Source: Halorussus marinus
GTDB taxonomy: Archaea > Halobacteriota > Halobacteria > Halobacteriales > Haladaptataceae
Assembly: GCF_004765795.1 (NCBI RefSeq)
Contig: NZ_SBIV01000007.1
Location: 1 to 64,000 of the forward strand
Direction: 5' to 3'
DNA: 64,000 nucleotides
Under the pieces are notes generated by a model that had not been told where the DNA came from, searched no databases, and worked only from the letters and a program-made list of their open reading frames with translations. Positions 1-10,140 of this stretch are shown piece by piece (position 1 is the first letter of the stretch; each line of letters starts with the position of its first letter). Made by a program: the position numbers and the translations under genes.

Positions 1-127
1 GCTTCGCCGTGCGAGCGCGGTCATGGTTTCGTGAGTTCCGCGAGATCGCGCTGATGTGTGTCGTCTATAACATCAAACGCTTCGTCAAACAGTGAATCTC
101 TCCGCCTTACAGCGATTCAACACAGCC
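1..127 (+). mobile_element. 3' end of an IS5-family (haloarchaeal ISH-type) element: transposase C-terminus (3..95) plus terminal IR
   Basis: Frame 3 reads ...FAVRARSWFREFREIALMCVVYNIKRFVKQ*, typical of haloarchaeal IS5 DDE transposase C-termini. It is followed by cgattcaacacagcc, after which homology to the intact paralog at 48452 begins abruptly. Confidence 0.75.
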
Positions 128-344
128 CCTCAACGAGAATCCGATGGATAATAGTCCGGACAGTCTCCGAGCCATATCTGTCGACGACAGTCGCCATCAC
201 TTCGTCTAGGTGGGCGTCTTGGTGGTCCACTCGTGGGTTCTCCGCCCGCTCGAAGACGAGGTCGGCGACGTCATCAACCAATGGATGCTCGGGGTTCCCG
301 GTGCGCTCACGAACGTCAAAGAGGGGCTCAGAGTCGGTCATCAT
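128..344 (-). pseudogene. Hypothetical protein truncated by the IS5 insertion (intact paralog 48336..48668)
   Basis: Near-identical to the N-terminal ~70 aa of 48336..48668, diverging exactly at the IS end (127/128). Confidence 0.75.
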
Positions 345-346
345 AC

Positions 347-700
347 TTACTCAGCCACGTCCTCGTTCGTGTCTTCCGCCGTTGGCTCCAGCCGTCGCTG
401 TCGACGAACCTCCGCGAGCGTGTCCTCCAGCGTTCCGAGGCCCTCGATGGCTGCGAGTTCATCGGTAATCTCTTCTAGAAGGCGGGCTCGCTCGATTGCG
501 TCTGCAGCGCCGGCGGTCGTCTCGATTGCCTCAACGCGGAGCCGGCGCTCCTCTTGCCACCCACAGTCCCAGCACATTCGGACGACGTCGAGACGCTCGT
601 CTTCAGCAGCATCGAGAACCGCGTCGGACAGTGACGTCGACGGCAGTCGGTCCGGCCCGACCTCGAGCGTGACCGGGCCACCGCACGCAGGACAGTCCAT
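347..700 (-). CDS. Small Zn-ribbon protein (CPACG...CWDCG); paralog of 48671..49024
   Basis: Start refined to MDCPACGG; two CxxC pairs; acidic; duplicated in this window. Confidence 0.8.
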   Translation of the reverse strand: MDCPACGGPVTLEVGPDRLPSTSLSDAVLDAAEDERLDVVRMCWDCGWQEERRLRVEAIETTAGAADAIERARLLEEITDELAAIEGLGTLEDTLAEVRRQRRLEPTAEDTNEDVAE

Positions 701-1340
701 ATCCGACAGGATGCGCGCCGCGGTCATCAACATCAGGGGCCCCTGAGACGAACTCACAGACAGGGCTCTCGAGGAGGCAAAACCCGATACCTCAGGCTGG
801 TCGTTGGGACGACGAACGCTCCGGTGACTCAGTAGACGATACTGTGCTCTCAAACTGATACATTTCGGAAAGCAGGACTCCAGAGATGGCCCCTCGGCCG
901 GAGAGAGCCGGCGGCCTTCGCACATTGCATATCGCTTCTTTCTTTGGACGAATTCCACGATATGCAGGGCGGAATAACGGCCTCAAATCGAAGAAGAACC
1001 TCGTCGGGCCGATTTGAGGGGGTAGAAAATACCTCGACGAGCTACTGCCTCACCACTATTTCGCTAAAATTGCTCGACCACGGGGTAAACGGGGCAAATT
1101 CGGGGAGTACCGATGAGAGCCACGAACGACTCTGTGTCAAGAATGCCTCGCTGGATGGCCGCGCTCTTCCGGACCACATCGAAAGAACCACTGATTCCCG
1201 CGAATTCGGGACTTTGAATCCACTCAAAATTGCCCGACGGGGTTTCAGTACAAGAGAGACAGCACTACAATCCACCCTGTCGAAATACTGAGAGGATACT
1301 CGTTCACAGTCCGTACTCGACAGTGGACACGTTCGGAATG

Positions 1341-1380
1341 TTAACCAACAATTTGAACCAAAACAGAGCCTGTTGGTTAA
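1341..1380. repeat. TTAACCAACA-N20-TGTTGGTTAA inverted repeat (copy 1 of 11)
   Basis: Perfect 10-bp arms read directly from the sequence. Confidence 0.9.
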
Positions 1381-1507
1381 TAATCTACCCCTCCACTGTT
1401 TCCGGAGCTTTGTCTGGGCGTAATGTGCGGTGAAGTAGCACCTTTGAACTGCCTGATTCAGTGAGATCACCGATAATCCTTAGGGGCGTCGCGTGCTATC
1501 GAAGCAC

Positions 1508-1822
1508 ATGTTCGATCTCTTCGGCGATGACGGCCATGACGACCGTGTGGAGGCCCAAGCAGATCTGTTCAACACGCTCGGTTATTCAGATGTGCGGGCG
1601 GATCACACATCGGACTACCCTGACCCCGAGCAACGAAACGGACGAGTACCCGATGTAACAGCTGATAGCCCATTTGGCCGTGATCCCGTAGTCGAGATAG
1701 ATAGCGGTACGACGACCTCCAAACGCGATCAGCGCCAACTGGATGATCTTGAGTCTGGGATTGGTCCAGATGAGCGCTTGGTCCAAATCGACGATGATGA
1801 CCAGCTGTTCGGTGGTTGGTAG
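1508..1822 (+). CDS. Hypothetical acidic protein, possible PD-(D/E)xK-like fold
   Basis: VPDV...VVEID motif; halophilic composition; start refined to MFDLFG. Confidence 0.6.
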   Translation: MFDLFGDDGHDDRVEAQADLFNTLGYSDVRADHTSDYPDPEQRNGRVPDVTADSPFGRDPVVEIDSGTTTSKRDQRQLDDLESGIGPDERLVQIDDDDQLFGGW

Positions 1823-2547
1823 GCCGTTCTAAATATCATAGAGCAGTACATCGGCGGGATTCTTAGAAGTCATCGACCAGGATAGCGGCTTAGCCCCACC
1901 AAGTGGACATTGCAAGACGTATTTCAAGACTACAGCGCAATTAGATGAGGGTAACCGAGGGACGACGAATGGAGCACGCTCCACAAACAGCTCGAATAAG
2001 AGCTGATGATGTCCTCGATGGTAGGTTACCACCGGCGCCCAAGCTTGTACTCTTTGGACTGAAGAGAGTCCATACTCAATCCTGATTGGGAGAGCTCTGT
2101 CTACTAGCGGAGGGTGTTCTGATTGTAGAATTCGGTTTTAGCCCCATATTCGCATAATAATCCCGAAATTGGAGGATAGAGCAGAACTAGAAAACGGCCG
2201 AGGGATAAAGTGAATTGATTATCCGAGAACGGCAGTTACAATATCTTGATACAATACGCTCAACTCAAAGAGAGCTAAATTCAGAGATCACAGGTGAAAT
2301 GGGTTACTCGAACCTATTTCGGGCATCTGGAATATGCTTATCGTGTATAAGACAATAGTAACACAGAGTACAGGGTGGAAAACCATTAAGTTCAGACAGC
2401 ACTTTCGTTGGGGTAGGCGGTCGAGAATACGACGTTGCCTGGAAAGAGCCCGCTCACAGCGCCGTGGACGCCTACTTCTCGAACAGTACCCGGACTCACG
2501 GCGAGGAACTGCCACCCGTAGTGATCGAGAACCCACCACACTACACA

Positions 2548-3309
2548 ATGAACACCAGCGATTCCGACGACACTGACCGACTCGAACAGTACATCCGCGA
2601 CGAGAAGGGCCATCTCGACAGTTGGGAGAGTATGATCACGCTCGCGAATTGGCTCTACACGCACGAGTATTTCGAAACCAACGATCGCGTGGTCCCCACG
2701 AGCGATCTCAAAGAGATCCTTGGCGACCGGCTCGAATACGGTGTGGACACACTCCTCGACCATCTCGAAGATATCAACGTCGTCGACGAAGTCTCACAAG
2801 GAGGCGGTCGGTTCATTCTGCATGAACGGAGTGGGCGGGCTTTTTTCGACCCAAACAACAGAGAGATGCTGCCACTCCTCGACGAAGAGATCTCGCGGTT
2901 CCTCGAGGACCTACACGAGCAAGAAAGCCAAGCGCTGGAGTCCGAAGACGCCGGTGACGACGAAACTCAGTCGGTCGCTGACGGCGGAGAACCCGAAGAC
3001 GCCGATCCGAACGAGACCGACAAGGCGGAGGCTGGCAACCAGGAGGACCCCGACGATGGGCCGACAACGCTTCGCGCAGTCGCCGCAGCTGCACTAGACG
3101 TCAAGGAACCGGTCGAGGACGCGCTCACGAACCCCACGGACCATATCGAGCGGATCGTCCGATTCGACGACGTGGTTACGGAAGTCATCGAGAGCGACGT
3201 CGTGAACCGCGGACGTGCGTACGAGCCGATGGGCTGGCGCAACGCTGCCAACAAATGGGTGCTGAAGACGACGGCGAAAGCACGCAAAGAGAACGAATCC
3301 TTGTCGTGA
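2548..3309 (+). CDS. Hypothetical protein (possible wHTH N-terminus, acidic linker)
   Basis: Long acidic ORF with haloarchaeal codon usage and a VADGG motif. Confidence 0.75.
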   Translation: MNTSDSDDTDRLEQYIRDEKGHLDSWESMITLANWLYTHEYFETNDRVVPTSDLKEILGDRLEYGVDTLLDHLEDINVVDEVSQGGGRFILHERSGRAFFDPNNREMLPLLDEEISRFLEDLHEQESQALESEDAGDDETQSVADGGEPEDADPNETDKAEAGNQEDPDDGPTTLRAVAAAALDVKEPVEDALTNPTDHIERIVRFDDVVTEVIESDVVNRGRAYEPMGWRNAANKWVLKTTAKARKENESLS

Positions 3310-3340
3310 TCTGTCAGCACTAGTTATCGGCGTCGACCAG

Positions 3341-4060
3341 TTAGTTCAATTCATTCCGTACAGCTGAGTAGAGGAAGTCCTCGACGTCCCGGTATGTCGG
3401 GTCGTCTGCGACCTCGGCCTCGATCCGATCCCAGAGTTCCTCGGGTACTTCGAGCCGCCGGCCGCCTGTCCGCGCCTCCCGCAGCGCCTCAAGGTCGATG
3501 TCGTAGGCCTCCTCGTCGTAATGGGCGTTGAACGCGGCGTCGGCCGCCTCGAGGTTGGTGTGGTTGTCGGGTATGTCCGGCGCCGACTCGGACTCGTCAA
3601 TTACCGCCCGGAGTTCGTACTCCTTGTACGCCTCTCGGATGTCGTCTACGAAGTCCCAGTACTCCTCGACGGACGCCGTCTGCCTGTTGGGTGCATCGTA
3701 GCCGAGCGCCTCCATCCCGATCACAGCCCGCTTGTTGAGGATGGCATACGTGTCCGGGGCGAGAACATGGAGTAGCTCGGTTGCGGTCGCCCAGCCGAAG
3801 CCGTCGAGTTCCAGCACGTCTTCGAGGGCATCCGTATCCTCGAGCGCCCGCTCGACGGTGGCAACGACCTCATCGGGACTCTGGTCGTCCAAGACGATGT
3901 TGTCGACGTAGTGGTCGATGCTTCCCCGTGTCTCGGTCGCCCAGAAGCCGTTGTGGGAGACCAGTTCCACGAACGTGTCGCGGGACGGGGTTTCGAGGAA
4001 GTTCTCGGCCAGTTCACGTTTCTCTCCGATGTCGTCGTTCCGATCTGGGTAGTAGCTCAT
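3341..4060 (-). CDS. Hypothetical protein with an HhH-like segment (GFGWATATELLH...YAILNKR) and an RHH-like C-terminus
   Basis: Acidic ORF; resembles DNA-binding domains seen in restriction-associated proteins (inference). Confidence 0.7.
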   Translation of the reverse strand: MSYYPDRNDDIGEKRELAENFLETPSRDTFVELVSHNGFWATETRGSIDHYVDNIVLDDQSPDEVVATVERALEDTDALEDVLELDGFGWATATELLHVLAPDTYAILNKRAVIGMEALGYDAPNRQTASVEEYWDFVDDIREAYKEYELRAVIDESESAPDIPDNHTNLEAADAAFNAHYDEEAYDIDLEALREARTGGRRLEVPEELWDRIEAEVADDPTYRDVEDFLYSAVRNELN

Positions 4061-4413
4061 TTGCTTCATCTCGTTCTGTTTCGAACTTCGTTCCTTCTCG
4101 ATAGCGACCAATCTTCATTCTCTGTTCGTAGTTCTATTGGGATAAGTATTTTCCCAAGTCGTGCAATCAGTAGCGCGTATTCGAAAAATTTCCGGGAAAT
4201 AGAGCATCTGAGCGGGAAACTCGCCGTCCCTATAGTCGATTTTCCGGTTCTGTTAATGGGATCAGGCTTCCGGAATGCGATTGATTCAGGGGATTCACAA
4301 TCGCGTTACTGGCCGCTAATTTTCCCGATAGCACCAGGGTCGTCCAGATGTTTTCCGGAAACAACCCAATCACGTTTTTAGTACTAGCCAGAAAACCAGT
4401 CTACCAAGCAACG

Positions 4414-5442
4414 ATGATCCGCGATGCTCGCGTTCTCCGCGCCGGGTTCGTCCCTCGGGAAGTTGAGCATCGCGACGCCGAAGTCAACCACCTCTCCAGC
4501 GTCCTCGAGCCCATCACGAACGGAGAACCAGCCGACACAGCCATCGTCACCGGACCCAGCGGCGCCGGCAAGACCTGCATCTCGCAATTCGTCACCGAAC
4601 GACTCCGGGAAGAGGTCCTGGACGTTGAGGCCACCTACGTCAACTGCTGGCGTAATTACACCCGATTTCGGACGCTCTACCAGATCCTCGACGACCTCGG
4701 CGCGACCATCGACATCCACCGGCAGTCGACGCCGCATGACGAACTCGTTGACCGCCTCCAGCAGCATGACGGCCCGCGAACCGTCGTCATCCTCGACGAG
4801 GTCGACCAGCTCGAAGACCCCAGCGTCATCTACGACCTCCACAGCCTCCCGCAGTTCGCGATCATCTGCATCGCGAACAAGGAAGAGGAGCTGTTCAGCC
4901 GCGTCGACGACCGCCTCGTGAGCCGCCTGCGCTCCAGCGAACACGTCCGGATGGCCAAGTACCACGACGAGCAGCTGTACGACATCCTGAGTGCGCGGGC
5001 GAAGTGGGGGCTCGACGAGAACGTCATCACCGACGACCAGCTCTACCGGATCGCCGACGCGGCCGCCGGCGACGCCCGCCTCGCAATCGGCATCCTCCGC
5101 ACGGCCGCCGGCAAGGCCGACCGCGAAAACCACGAACGCATCACCGACGACATTCTCCTGGACGCCGCCGAGGATGCTCGGGCCCAGATTAAGCAGAAGA
5201 GCATCGATTCACTCACGCCACACCAGCGGGTTGTCTACGACATTGTCTGCGACTATGGCCCACTCGGACCAAGCAAAATCTATGATCGCTATACTGACGA
5301 GGTTGATGATCCACGAACTAAGCGAACCATTCGGACGTATCTGTCCAAAATGACGCAATACAACCTCCTCAGAGCGGACGGGTCAAGCCGGGATCGAGAA
5401 TACACAGCCATCGATCAACCATCTCCCATACTCGCTGAGTAG
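4414..5442 (+). CDS. cdc6: Orc1/Cdc6 family protein (short plasmid-type paralog)
   Basis: Walker A GPSGAGKT, YVNC, Walker B ILDEVD, GDARLAI, C-terminal wHTH. Confidence 0.92.
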   Translation: MIRDARVLRAGFVPREVEHRDAEVNHLSSVLEPITNGEPADTAIVTGPSGAGKTCISQFVTERLREEVLDVEATYVNCWRNYTRFRTLYQILDDLGATIDIHRQSTPHDELVDRLQQHDGPRTVVILDEVDQLEDPSVIYDLHSLPQFAIICIANKEEELFSRVDDRLVSRLRSSEHVRMAKYHDEQLYDILSARAKWGLDENVITDDQLYRIADAAAGDARLAIGILRTAAGKADRENHERITDDILLDAAEDARAQIKQKSIDSLTPHQRVVYDIVCDYGPLGPSKIYDRYTDEVDDPRTKRTIRTYLSKMTQYNLLRADGSSRDREYTAIDQPSPILAE

Positions 5443-6799
5443 GGGGAAACGGAACTGGCCCTTCCGGTAACTATTAAGTGGCTTTGTGACTACATTGAAT
5501 ATAGTGTCGGACGACGAGTATCACCGCCGAACGGCCATCACACGACTGGCTGTATCCCCATCTGACGAAAAACTTCTCCGAGATACCATCAAGCAGTGGA
5601 AACAGGGGTGCCAGATTGCCGTAGATAAGGCGTGGGAGCGGTGCCACTCGAAGTCCGACATCCAGCAACTTGCCTACGACGACGTGCGAGAGGCCACTAG
5701 TCTCAGCAGCCAACACGCCATTCTCGCGTGTCATCAAGCAGCTGAGAACATCAAATCCTGTATCTCCCGTCGTCAAAACGGGAAGAAAGCGAGCAAGCCC
5801 ACATATACGAGTCCGACCATCACTTACGACAGTCGGACAATGACCCTCTTCCCCGAGAAAGAAGAGGTGACGCTCACCACGCACGGCGACCACTCGCGAA
5901 CCCGAGTCAGCCTCGTCCTACCAGACGAGGAAACCGGCTACCAGTACCAGTATTTCGACAGCGACGAGTGGGAATCCACGGAATCCACGCTCCACTACCG
6001 TGACGGCGGATGGTATCTACACATTGGCTTCCGGAAACTGACGCAAGACGCTGAGGAAGAGACGACCGAGAACGGAACGGTTCTCGGCGTTGACCTTGGC
6101 GTGAACGAGATAGCTGTGACCAGCACTGCTCGGTTCTTTTCTGCTGGTGAATTAAGTCATAAGCGCCGGGAGTTTAAACGAGTGCGTGGGAATCTCGAAG
6201 ATCGTGGTACGCGGAACGCTCACCGTGCTCTACAAGCGGTGAGTGGCCGGGAAAACGAGTACGTGAAACACATCCTCCACAGGGTGGCAAACGGAATCGT
6301 CGAGGAAGCGCTGCGCTACGACTGTGATGGAATCGTTTTTGAGGAGTTAGATGGAATTCGGGAGCGACTTCCTAAAGCGGATTGGCACTCTGAATGGGCA
6401 TTTCACCGTCTCTACGAGTACGTCGAGTACAAGGCAGAGGCAGAAGGAGTGTTCGTAGATACAACGAATCCAAAGAACACCAGCATACGGTGCGCTGAGT
6501 GTGGCTCGATACACAGAAAGAACCGCTCTACTCGAGAAAGATTCGAGTGTCAGAACTGTGGGAACCGGAACCACGCGGATTACAATGCCGCTAAGAACGT
6601 CGCAGACGTGTATCTCCGACGTGAGCAACAGTCCTCACGTCGGAGGGGCGTCAGTCAATACGCCCTGAAGTCCGGGACTGTGACGCCGAACCGGGGATAC
6701 ACCCCGTACCCCGACGGGTTCGAGGCTGAGTCCGCGGACAAGCCCCACTCTCCACGAGCGAACCCACCAGGGTGAGCGAAGCAGGTTGGGGTTGTTGAC
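5443..6799 (+). mobile_element. IS1341-type element 1 (tnpB only); right end ...gttgttgac at 6799; left end approximate
   Basis: tnpB followed by a hairpin-containing end terminating in TTGAC; no tnpA. Confidence 0.7.
5504..6775 (+). CDS. tnpB: TnpB, RNA-guided endonuclease (IS200/IS605, IS1341-type)
   Basis: RuvC-I GVDLG, RuvC-II VFEEL, Zn finger CAECG/CQNCG, RuvC-III ADYNAAKN. Confidence 0.92.
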   Translation: MSDDEYHRRTAITRLAVSPSDEKLLRDTIKQWKQGCQIAVDKAWERCHSKSDIQQLAYDDVREATSLSSQHAILACHQAAENIKSCISRRQNGKKASKPTYTSPTITYDSRTMTLFPEKEEVTLTTHGDHSRTRVSLVLPDEETGYQYQYFDSDEWESTESTLHYRDGGWYLHIGFRKLTQDAEEETTENGTVLGVDLGVNEIAVTSTARFFSAGELSHKRREFKRVRGNLEDRGTRNAHRALQAVSGRENEYVKHILHRVANGIVEEALRYDCDGIVFEELDGIRERLPKADWHSEWAFHRLYEYVEYKAEAEGVFVDTTNPKNTSIRCAECGSIHRKNRSTRERFECQNCGNRNHADYNAAKNVADVYLRREQQSSRRRGVSQYALKSGTVTPNRGYTPYPDGFEAESADKPHSPRANPPG

Positions 6800-7049
6800 G
6801 CAGAAGAGTCTCGATTTACTCACTCCGTACCAGCGCGTCGTCTACGACATCGTTCGCGAGCACGGCCCGGTCGGGCCGAGCGAGATTCACGAGCGCTATA
6901 CCGAGGAGGTCGATGATCCACGGACGAAGCGGACTGTTCGGGCGTATTTGTCTAAGATGACTCAATACAACCTCGTCGAAGCAGACGGATCCAGCCGAGA
7001 TCGCGAATACACAGCCATCGACCAGCCATCTGCTACGCTCCCTGAGTAG
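6800..7049 (+). pseudogene. Second copy of the cdc6 3' end (wHTH), diverged duplicate of 5193..5442
   Basis: 250-nt colinear match (QKSLDLLTPYQRVVYDIV...EYTAIDQPS) starting exactly at the IS right end. Confidence 0.85.
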
Positions 7050-7207
7050 TTGGGTAGGACAACACACCTTCACCAAGACAGCCTATGATCCGTTGTAATC
7101 TCGGAGCGAGGGAAAACCGGCCTAAGTCTAGAGAAATCCACTCCAGCATCACGTTTCTAATCCAGGAAGATTCAGGAGACAATTTTCAACTTGGTTGTTG
7201 AGATTGT

Positions 7208-8317
7208 CTACTCGTAGACGACTTCTAGAATCGTATATAATGTGAACATCAAGAACAGAATCGATATTGTTGAGATATTTTCATCGAAGTATGCAGTTAG
7301 ACTGCCGTGCATGATTGCGTTTCGATGATCCCAGAAATCCTCCAGATTGGCTTCAATCTTGTCAGCATCAACTCCGTAGTATCCGTGGTCAATCTCTTCG
7401 TATGCTTCCTTCAGTGCCTGACGTTTCTGAGATGAAGTGTAGTAGCCATTACCGTCAGGCGTTTTGCCTTGATCTGAACAGAGGATATCCATCAAACCAT
7501 CCTGAACACTAATGAAAATGAAACAGGGAAGCATGAACTCCTCATTCAGATAGGCCTCTAGTCCTCTATCGATCCGACCGGTATAGTCATCTAACTCTGC
7601 TTCATCCGACTCTTCCAAATCCTTCAGTAACGAGGCCACAGATTCAACACCAACCTGCTGTGCCCGAGTATCAATCTCGACATCGTCAATTTCGTAGTTT
7701 TCTGGGTTATCGAAGTTCTGAATGCCGTTCTCTAATGCTTGTTGAACTTCCAGATAGTGTTCCCGAATTGACGCTATTATATCTCCAAAATCAATATCAG
7801 CCAATACCCCTTGAAGAGTCCTTTCCAAACGCTGCATGCCCTTGTTGACCGGCTCCCAATCAACCCGATCAATTGTCTCAGCCAATTTTTCTGCTGGTAC
7901 CCCACCAGTGAATTCTCTGGGAGGGTCTTTCAATTCGACACTACTGAGATCGTGTTCCTGATACAATGCTCCGACAAACTCGCGGACATAATCTTTTGCA
8001 GCTTCGACAGACCAATCACCTTCTCCAGCTACTTCTTCTATACTATTTTCCCGGACGAAGAACCGAATACCGGCCATATAACCACGGGTTGAAGCAACAT
8101 CTAAAGGATATGAATAAATCAACTGAAAAAGTTTCAAAGCTTCTCTCGCCCGGTCTTCATCTAAACCGAGATCTTCCTCGACTTGGGACACATCCTCCGT
8201 TTCCTGATACAGATGGCCCGCCTCGCGAATCGTTTCACACCACCGAAATTCGACCAGACGTTGTTGTTCCTCTCTCTTCTGTCTAAGCGTTTCTAGCAAC
8301 TCATGAACATCCGACAT
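7208..8317 (-). CDS. Hypothetical protein with a C-terminal HEPN-like RxxxxH motif (RNAIMH)
   Basis: 369-aa AT-rich ORF; HRNAIMHG near the C-terminus. Confidence 0.65.
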   Translation of the reverse strand: MSDVHELLETLRQKREEQQRLVEFRWCETIREAGHLYQETEDVSQVEEDLGLDEDRAREALKLFQLIYSYPLDVASTRGYMAGIRFFVRENSIEEVAGEGDWSVEAAKDYVREFVGALYQEHDLSSVELKDPPREFTGGVPAEKLAETIDRVDWEPVNKGMQRLERTLQGVLADIDFGDIIASIREHYLEVQQALENGIQNFDNPENYEIDDVEIDTRAQQVGVESVASLLKDLEESDEAELDDYTGRIDRGLEAYLNEEFMLPCFIFISVQDGLMDILCSDQGKTPDGNGYYTSSQKRQALKEAYEEIDHGYYGVDADKIEANLEDFWDHRNAIMHGSLTAYFDENISTISILFLMFTLYTILEVVYE

Positions 8318-8464
8318 TATCTTGATTAGTTACTTCTCTGCCGTATAATGATTTTCCTACCGTTAGCAGCTATACCATTTCGGGAGCACGCTTCATCACC
8401 AAGAGAGCCAGTGTCCACGCCGGGAGAAACAGATGATCCGAACGTATCTCTCGAAGATGGAGCA

Positions 8465-9807
8465 GTGAACCGCCCCAGAGTCAAGCTCCGAGACTTCCTG
8501 CTTCCACGACGCGCTTTGCAGACACCGAATCGGTGTCCGTAGGGAGCGCAGTCTCCACAGGCGTGTCTTCGGGCCATCCCAGCCCTAACTCAGCAAAGCC
8601 GCGTTTAAGCACATTCATCGCTGCGTTCGCGTCCCTGTCGACCTCGAACCCGCACGACGGACAGGAGTGTTCCCGAACCCAGATAGATTTTGCCGTCTCC
8701 ACACCACACTTCGCACATTCTTTCGTTGTCCCAGCAGCTTCCACCTGCACGACGTGCGTGCCATACAGCTCGGCTTTGTACTCGAGGAGGGAGATGAACT
8801 GTCGCCACGCAGCATCCTGGGTGTTTCGCGCGAGGTGCGAATCCTCCAACATCCCCTTCACGTCCAAATCCTCGACGAAGACGGCGTCGTACTCACGGAC
8901 GAGCCAAGTCGTAATCTTATGCTGGAAGTCCTCGACCTTCCGCTTGATGTGGCGCTTGACTTTCGCTACCTCACGACGCTGCTTCTCGTAGTTGGACGAC
9001 CCCCTCTGCTTGCGAGACAGCTTACGTTGCTCGCGTCGGAGGCGCTCGTATTCGCCTTCGAGATCGAGCCAATCCACGGTCTTGCCATCAGATGTTTGGA
9101 TGTAGTTGAGGATGCCGAGGTCGATACCCACGCTGTTGCTTGCGTTCAACGAATCCACGTCGGGCTTCTCGGGGAGATCAGCCTCGTCGGTTTCGAGGGC
9201 GAAGGTGACGAACCACTCACCAGTCGTCTCCTTCTTGATCGTGACCTCCTTGATGTCCGCTTCATCGGGAAGGGGACGATGGTAGCGGATCGGAATATCT
9301 CCGATTTTAGAGAGCCAGAGCGTCGCACGTCGGCCACTCGTGTTTTTGAGTTTGAAGCCGTGCTGCGAGTACGTGATACTCTGGAACTCTCGTGGTGATT
9401 TCCACTTGAGATTCCCGACCTTGTTCCCGTTCTCTTTTTGTTGAGAGAGGTTCGAGAGGTTGTCGTAGAACAGGGTGACGGTTCGCTGAAGGGCTTTCGC
9501 GTTCACCTCTGTGAACACGGGGAACTCGTCCTTCCAGTCCGGGAGACGACTGTGGTGTTTGTATGCAGACCCGGTACTGTCAGCATCGAGGTGCGTGTAC
9601 TCGTATCGGGTGTAGTTGTACGCTTGGCGATGAATGTCGATGTGATGTTCCAGCTCAGCCGCTACCTCTTGTGTCGGGTACGCGGGGTAGCGGTGAGTGT
9701 ACTCCATCGCTGTCTTCTCATTAGAACGTGTCCGGCAAATGGTTTGTGGGACGGACCGTTGAGTTCATTCCCGGAATTCAAGCTCTCGGGAAAGTCGCCT
9801 GAACAGT
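8465..9807 (-). mobile_element. IS1341-type element 2
   Basis: Right end on the minus strand: ctcggagcttgactctggggcggTTCAC. Left-end hairpin ttcccggaattcaagctctcgggaa near 9770-9793. Left boundary approximate. Confidence 0.7.
8481..9707 (-). CDS. tnpB: TnpB, RNA-guided endonuclease (IS605 OrfB)
   Basis: N-terminal HTH_OrfB-like YPTQE, GIDLG, FVEDL, CAKCG/CPSCG, DRDANAAMN. Confidence 0.93.
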   Translation of the reverse strand: MEYTHRYPAYPTQEVAAELEHHIDIHRQAYNYTRYEYTHLDADSTGSAYKHHSRLPDWKDEFPVFTEVNAKALQRTVTLFYDNLSNLSQQKENGNKVGNLKWKSPREFQSITYSQHGFKLKNTSGRRATLWLSKIGDIPIRYHRPLPDEADIKEVTIKKETTGEWFVTFALETDEADLPEKPDVDSLNASNSVGIDLGILNYIQTSDGKTVDWLDLEGEYERLRREQRKLSRKQRGSSNYEKQRREVAKVKRHIKRKVEDFQHKITTWLVREYDAVFVEDLDVKGMLEDSHLARNTQDAAWRQFISLLEYKAELYGTHVVQVEAAGTTKECAKCGVETAKSIWVREHSCPSCGFEVDRDANAAMNVLKRGFAELGLGWPEDTPVETALPTDTDSVSAKRVVEAGSLGA

Positions 9808-9894
9808 CAGTACAACCTCCTCGAGGCGGAAGGGACGAGTCGGGACCGAGAGTACTCGCTCGTCGATTCAGCGGCGGCGTCGCCGATGCAGTGA
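9808..9894 (+). pseudogene. Third cdc6 C-terminal fragment (QYNLLEAEGTSRDREYSLVDSAAASPMQ*)
   Basis: Manual translation matches the QYNLLRADGSSRDREY end of cdc6 4414..5442. Confidence 0.8.
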
Positions 9895-10140
9895 CCGTGA
9901 CCCCGTCAGCTATCAGGAACTGAACTCGCCGAGGCCCGATTGCTCGTGGTCCAGCGGCTCGATGATCTGGGGATCGTCGTTGCCGGGGTTGTTAACTCGC
10001 GTCGAGATCTCGTAAGCGTCTAGATCGTCCTTCGGATACGGCTGACACAGTTCCTTGCGGGTGTCCGGATCTGCGGCGAGCCAGTCAGATTCCGCGTCCT
10101 GTGGAAGGACGACCGGCATCCGGTCGTGGATTGAGTTCAT

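Larger units (their letters stand above)
128..1410. repeat. Copy 1 of a ~1.28-kb diverged direct repeat (copy 2 at 48452..49738)
   Basis: Colinear similarity across two ORFs and ~700 nt of non-coding DNA, ending ~30 nt after a TTAACCAACA/TGTTGGTTAA motif. Confidence 0.9.

Noticed and set aside
944..1470. ORFs 944..1291 and 1042..1470 in the duplicated segment
   Set aside because: Frames are broken in the second copy (49173-49632) although the nucleotide sequence is conserved.
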